A DNA stretch of 63,817 nucleotides, counting the filler, from Octopus bimaculoides (lineage: Eukaryota): assembly GCF_001194135.2 (NCBI RefSeq). It is 3 parts of 3 records of this genome, joined end to end, with 100 filler letters (N's around TTAATTAATTAA, not from the genome) between each part and the next. Parts side by side here need not be neighbours in the genome. Positions count along the whole stretch, not along the records: positions 45,956 to 63,817 come from NC_068983.1; 2 more parts are not named here. One strand, 5' to 3'. The position numbers and the translations under genes were made by a program. Under the pieces are notes generated by a model. That model saw nothing but the letters and a program-made list of their open reading frames with translations, searched no databases and had not been told where the DNA came from. Positions 60,170 to 63,817 of the stretch are shown in pieces. How positions within the stretch are numbered: the first letter of the stretch is position 1; the number at the start of each line of letters is the position of its first letter.

Positions 60170-60532
60170 CATTGTTGTACTGTTCAAAACTTTTTATTCT
60201 TTAATATATATTAGCATAGAAATATTGAATTGTTTAGAAGGGAAATGCGCCATCCGAATGATAGATAGTAAGTGGTTATCGCACCTATTTAAACCGTTAA
60301 ATATGCAAATAAAAGTACAATAATATTGTAATGTTGGTTTGTCCAACTGAGAAAGCATAGCTTACTCTCTTGAAATCTCACAAACTAATATTTGTTTGTT
60401 AGCATAACGAAACTGGATTGTATTTAAAAGAATATCAAGAGAGATATTAACAAATTTTATGACTAGAATGTCGTAAAAGTGATGTTAAGTGGTGTCATAC
60501 ATCTAGGATTTGGCAATATAGTTTTGACGTAA

Positions 60533-60760
60533 CAAGTCGGCAGAATCGTTAGAATGTGGGAGAAATTGTTAGCGGCGTTTCGTTCGTCTTTACGTTCTTA
60601 GTTCAAATTGTACCGAGGTCCGCTTTTCCTTTCATCCTTTCAGGGTCGATGAAATAAGTACCAGTTGAGTATTGGTGGTCGATGTAATCGACTTGACCCC
60701 CACCCGCCCCCGCCCCCACCCGAAATTGGTGGCTTTGTGCTAACATTTTAAGTCAATATA
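60533..60760 (+). mobile_element. SINE family B, diverged
   Basis: Contains ggcagaatcgttag...ttcatcctttcagggtcgatgaaataagtaccag. Confidence 0.75.
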
Positions 60761-61098
60761 ATCTCGTAAGAAATATTATCGTGTGGTAGATATGTTATAT
60801 CATTTCATTCTAAGAAACGCGAGCTGCAAAATTTTGGCAGATAGTTAACACATGATCANNNNNNNNNNNNNNNNNNNNNNNNNNNNNNNNNNNNNNNNNN
60901 NNNNNNNNNNNNNNNNNNNNNNNNNNNNNNNNNNNNNNNNNNNNNNNNNNNNNNNNNNNNNNNNNNNNNNNNNNNNNNNNNNNNNNNNNNNNNNNNNNNN
61001 NNNNNNNNNNNNNNNNNNNNNNNNNNNNNNNNNNNNNNNNNNNNNNNNNNNNNNNNNNNNNNNNNNNNNNNNNNNNNNNNNNNNNNNNNNNNNNNNNN

Positions 61099-61129
<31 letters not shown>

Positions 61130-61167
61130 TGTACTTTATTTAAAAACAGCAGAAATATAACAAAAGA

Positions 61168-61205
61168 CTGTTACTCTGAGTTTCACGTTCCCGTTCATCG
61201 GACAG
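61168..61205 (-). ncRNA. Minimal hammerhead variant (CCGAUGA core)
   Basis: Minus strand reads CTGT-CCGATGA-ACG/ggaa/CGT-GAAA-CTC-a-GAG-TA^-ACAG. All three helices pair, core U4 is replaced by C, and AATAAA lies ~30 nt downstream on the same strand. Confidence 0.6.
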
Positions 61206-61487
61206 TTTTTTCCACCTCGTTGCACATTTTATGTGCTTACTCCGGTATATATAAAAACAAATAGTAAATGAGTATATGCATATATATGTACAGGTATGTG
61301 CGTACCGACATCCACCTGTATGTATAGGTGCATATCTGAGTACAGGACATCGCAAACAAAACGTAGACGAGGAAACACACAAGCCACATAGAGAACATTC
61401 TACTTCATCAGCTACCCTCGTTTTAACACCGGCGTTTCGAAGAGCTGGGCAGGACGTATGTATATATATATATATATTGATTTCAAT

Positions 61488-61670
61488 TTTGGGGCTAGTA
61501 ATCTCGGGCGAGAGGGTAAGTCCATTACACCGATCTTAATTTATCGATCGCTAAAGGATAAAGGATAAAGTCCACCTCGGCGGAATTTGAACTCACAATA
61601 TCAACCATTGAAATACCGCTAAGTATTTTGTCCGGCGTGCTAACGATTCTACCAGCTGGGTGACTTAGAA
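61488..61670 (-). mobile_element. SINE family B, diverged
   Basis: Contains aaagtccacctcggcggaatttgaactc. Confidence 0.7.
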
Positions 61671-61965
61671 CGAGGGATAGATTTTGTTATATATAATATA
61701 TATCTATATGAGTGTGCGTAAGTATGTGTTATGTGTATCTGTGTATAGTGTACGTGGCCTGATCAATAAGTATCGGGACTGCTGCCCTAGTAACGAAGCT
61801 AAAGCACGCAGAGTGAAGCCGCTTGCACAGATTGGCTTTCAACTCTATTGTGCTTGCATAGTAAGTTTTAACGTTCTAGTCCACTTCCATTGTTTACAGC
61901 AGTGCTTGGAAGTAACGTGTGTAGTGTGTGTTCGTCGCATTGACCATGACAGAAAGTGGAGCAGA

Positions 61966-62195
61966 AGCGGCGAGCTGGCAGAAACGTTAGCGCGCTGGGC
62001 AAAAAGCTTAGCAGTATTTCGTCTGCCGTTACATACTGAGTTCAAATTCTGCTGAGGTCGACTTTGCCTTTCATCCTTTCGGGGTCGATAAATTAAGCAC
62101 CAGTTACGCACTGGGTCGATATAATCGATTTAATCCCTTTGTCTATCCTTGTTTTTCCCCTCTATGTTCAGCCCCTTGTGGGCAGTGAAGAAATA
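61966..62195 (+). mobile_element. SINE family B, full length, 15-bp TSD, inserted in the mariner arm
   Basis: TSD agaaagtggagcaga (61951-61965) and agaaagtcgagcaga (62196-62210). Confidence 0.9.
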
Positions 62196-62259
62196 AGAAA
62201 GTCGAGCAGAGAATCTGAATCTAATTTTGCCAAATGCTTGCTCAGAGTCCTATGTAAAG

Positions 62260-62673
62260 TTTCAGAGCGTTTGCATTGTTCTCGACACAATCAAGGCAAT
62301 TTTGTGCCACGGAAACTCGAGTGTCTTTTTAGTCAGCTTAAAGCAGTTTTGGCACACACGCATCTCATACTCAAATCTTCAGTGATAATAGGCTGAACTG
62401 AACTGTAACTAACTTGCACACTTTCTGATAACTTACGGTAGATGATTCGACAATTTCCTCTCACAGCAGCATACACATCTGCAATGTTTTCCTCAGTTCT
62501 ATTAGTTGCGGGATTCCCAAAACGCTCGTCACTATCGACATTTCTTCGGCTATCTTAGAAACGTCTGAACCTCTCGTATGTTTGTGGGCAGCTCATACAC
62601 TCCTCTCCATGCACTTTCTGCAACTTCACGTAGGCTTCTAATCAGGTATCGCCATGACAACTTTCTCTGTCAT
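62260..62673 (-). pseudogene. Decayed mariner transposase N-terminus (HTH region)
   Basis: Manual translation gives EAYVKLQKVHGEECMSCPQTYERFRRF*DSRRNVDSDERFGNPATNRTEENIADVYAAVRGNCRIIYRKLSESVQVSYSSVQPIITEDLSMRCVCAK, then after a frameshift RVSVAQNCLDCVENN. This resembles the mariner paired-HTH region (DDPRSGRP, EDLGMRRVSAK). Stops and frameshifts are present. Confidence 0.8.
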
Positions 62674-62889
62674 GGTCAATGAGACGATCACACGTTACAC
62701 ACGTTACTTCGAAGCACTGCTGTAAACAGCGGAAGTAAGTTAGAACGTCAAAACTTAGTGCACATACACAGCAGAGGTCAGAGTGAATCTGTGCCAAGCG
62801 GGTTTTTCTCTGCGTATTTTAGCTTCGTTACTATAGCAACAATCCGGATACTTATTGATCAGATTTTGTATATATTCGTATATGATATG

Positions 62890-63026
62890 TACGTGGTCTT
62901 ATCAATCAGTACCTGGACTGTTGCCCTAGTAACGAAGCTAAAGCATGCAGAGTAAATCCCTTTGGCACAGATTAACCTTCATCTCTGCTGGGCATGCACA
63001 TTAAGTTTTAACGTTCTAACTCACTT
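62890..63026 (+). mobile_element. Third, truncated copy of the mariner terminal arm
   Basis: tacgtggtcttatcaatcagtacc...aagttttaacgttctaac is homologous to 61751-61885. Confidence 0.75.
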
Positions 63027-63226
63027 GGGTCTTTTGGGTGCTTGGATAAGATGCGGATGTTAAGTTGAGCCAAGTTGCCTCCATGCTGGTCTTTGGCATG
63101 TTGATAGAGTATGGAGGACTGTTTTTTGTCGTCATATTGTCTCATATGTTCGTTTAGTCTTTCTGCAATGCTCCTAGATGTTTCTCTTGTGTATGTCATA
63201 TTCAGGTCTTTACAAGCACCTTCCAA
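63027..63226 (-). pseudogene. GIY-YIG endonuclease fragment (Penelope-like)
   Basis: ACKDLNMTYTRETSRSIAERLNEHMRQYDDKKQSSILYQHAKDQHGGNLAQLNIRILSKHPKDP follows the PLE GIY-YIG pattern Y(IG)ETxRxxxxRxxEH...SxxxxH...H, with the YIG motif decayed. Confidence 0.7.
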
Positions 63227-63817
63227 CTCTAAGACAAATACGGGAGTATGTCCTTATACATGAAACTTCCCAAATACTAAATAGGAAATATACATAGATA
63301 TCATACCCACATTTTACACAGGTAAAGTAGAACAGTTAATGAGGTTTTATGCAGATAGATGTATGTATGTCTGTGTGTGTGGGTGTGTGTGTGCATGCAC
63401 ATGTATGTATATGTACACCAACAGGTCTACATACAGACGGGTAGGTACATAGGGTATATGAACAGACAACCACATACGCAAATAGAGACTGAAACACATG
63501 AACACATATACACACACACTTTCCCACACATATGGAGATGTGCACCCATACATACAAACATGGTACATAGCAGCAAAACACACACACACACACACTCAGA
63601 CATGCACACAAGGAGACAGAGGTACATACATACAAATACACACATGCACACACATACATAAAAAACACACACACACAGAGGAATATGCAGAATACATACA
63701 TACATACATGCAAACACACACACATACATACATATATACATACACACACATACATACATATATACATATGCACACACACAGACATACATACACATATTCA
63801 CACATACATGCATGCAT

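Larger units (their letters stand above)
61753..62868. mobile_element. Mariner-family derivative with two inverted 5' ends (TA TSD), interrupted by a SINE
   Basis: TA|CGTGGCCTGATCAATAAGTATC at the left end and GATACTTATTGATCAGATTTTG|TA at the right end. The inverted homology extends >200 bp and includes the transposase ATG in both arms (61946 on +, 62673 on -). Confidence 0.8.

Noticed and set aside
62298-62320. Plus-strand FVPRKL resembling the mariner linker motif
   Set aside because: The same bases read RVSVAQNCLDC on the minus strand, collinear with the rest of the transposase relic, so the plus-strand match is coincidental.

Overview
AT-rich, microsatellite-dense, gap-riddled eukaryotic draft sequence. 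The repeat families and the N-TTAATTAATTAA-N join linkers suggest an octopus (coleoid cephalopod) assembly; this is inference, not a database result. The only host protein-coding signal I can support is two spliced exons (8790-8914 and 9079-9237, +) encoding the C-terminal TPR region of the TFIIIC subunit GTF3C3. Its upstream and terminal exons were not found in the readable sequence. The rest is mostly transposon-derived: at least three tRNA-derived SINE families, non-autonomous Helitrons (one apparently nested in a relative), pogo and hAT MITEs, several long foldback elements, a mariner derivative made of two inverted 5' ends, and a GIY-YIG endonuclease fragment. The most notable signal is a set of minimal type I hammerhead ribozyme motifs with palindromic helix III, in at least five unrelated Penelope-like 3' ends. 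One of these sits in a ~550-bp palindrome of two head-to-head units, each made of a tRNA-like Pol III head, a microsatellite and a hammerhead tail. Almost all ORFs in the supplied track are microsatellite or N-gap artefacts. All coordinates were counted by hand, and repeat boundaries are approximate.
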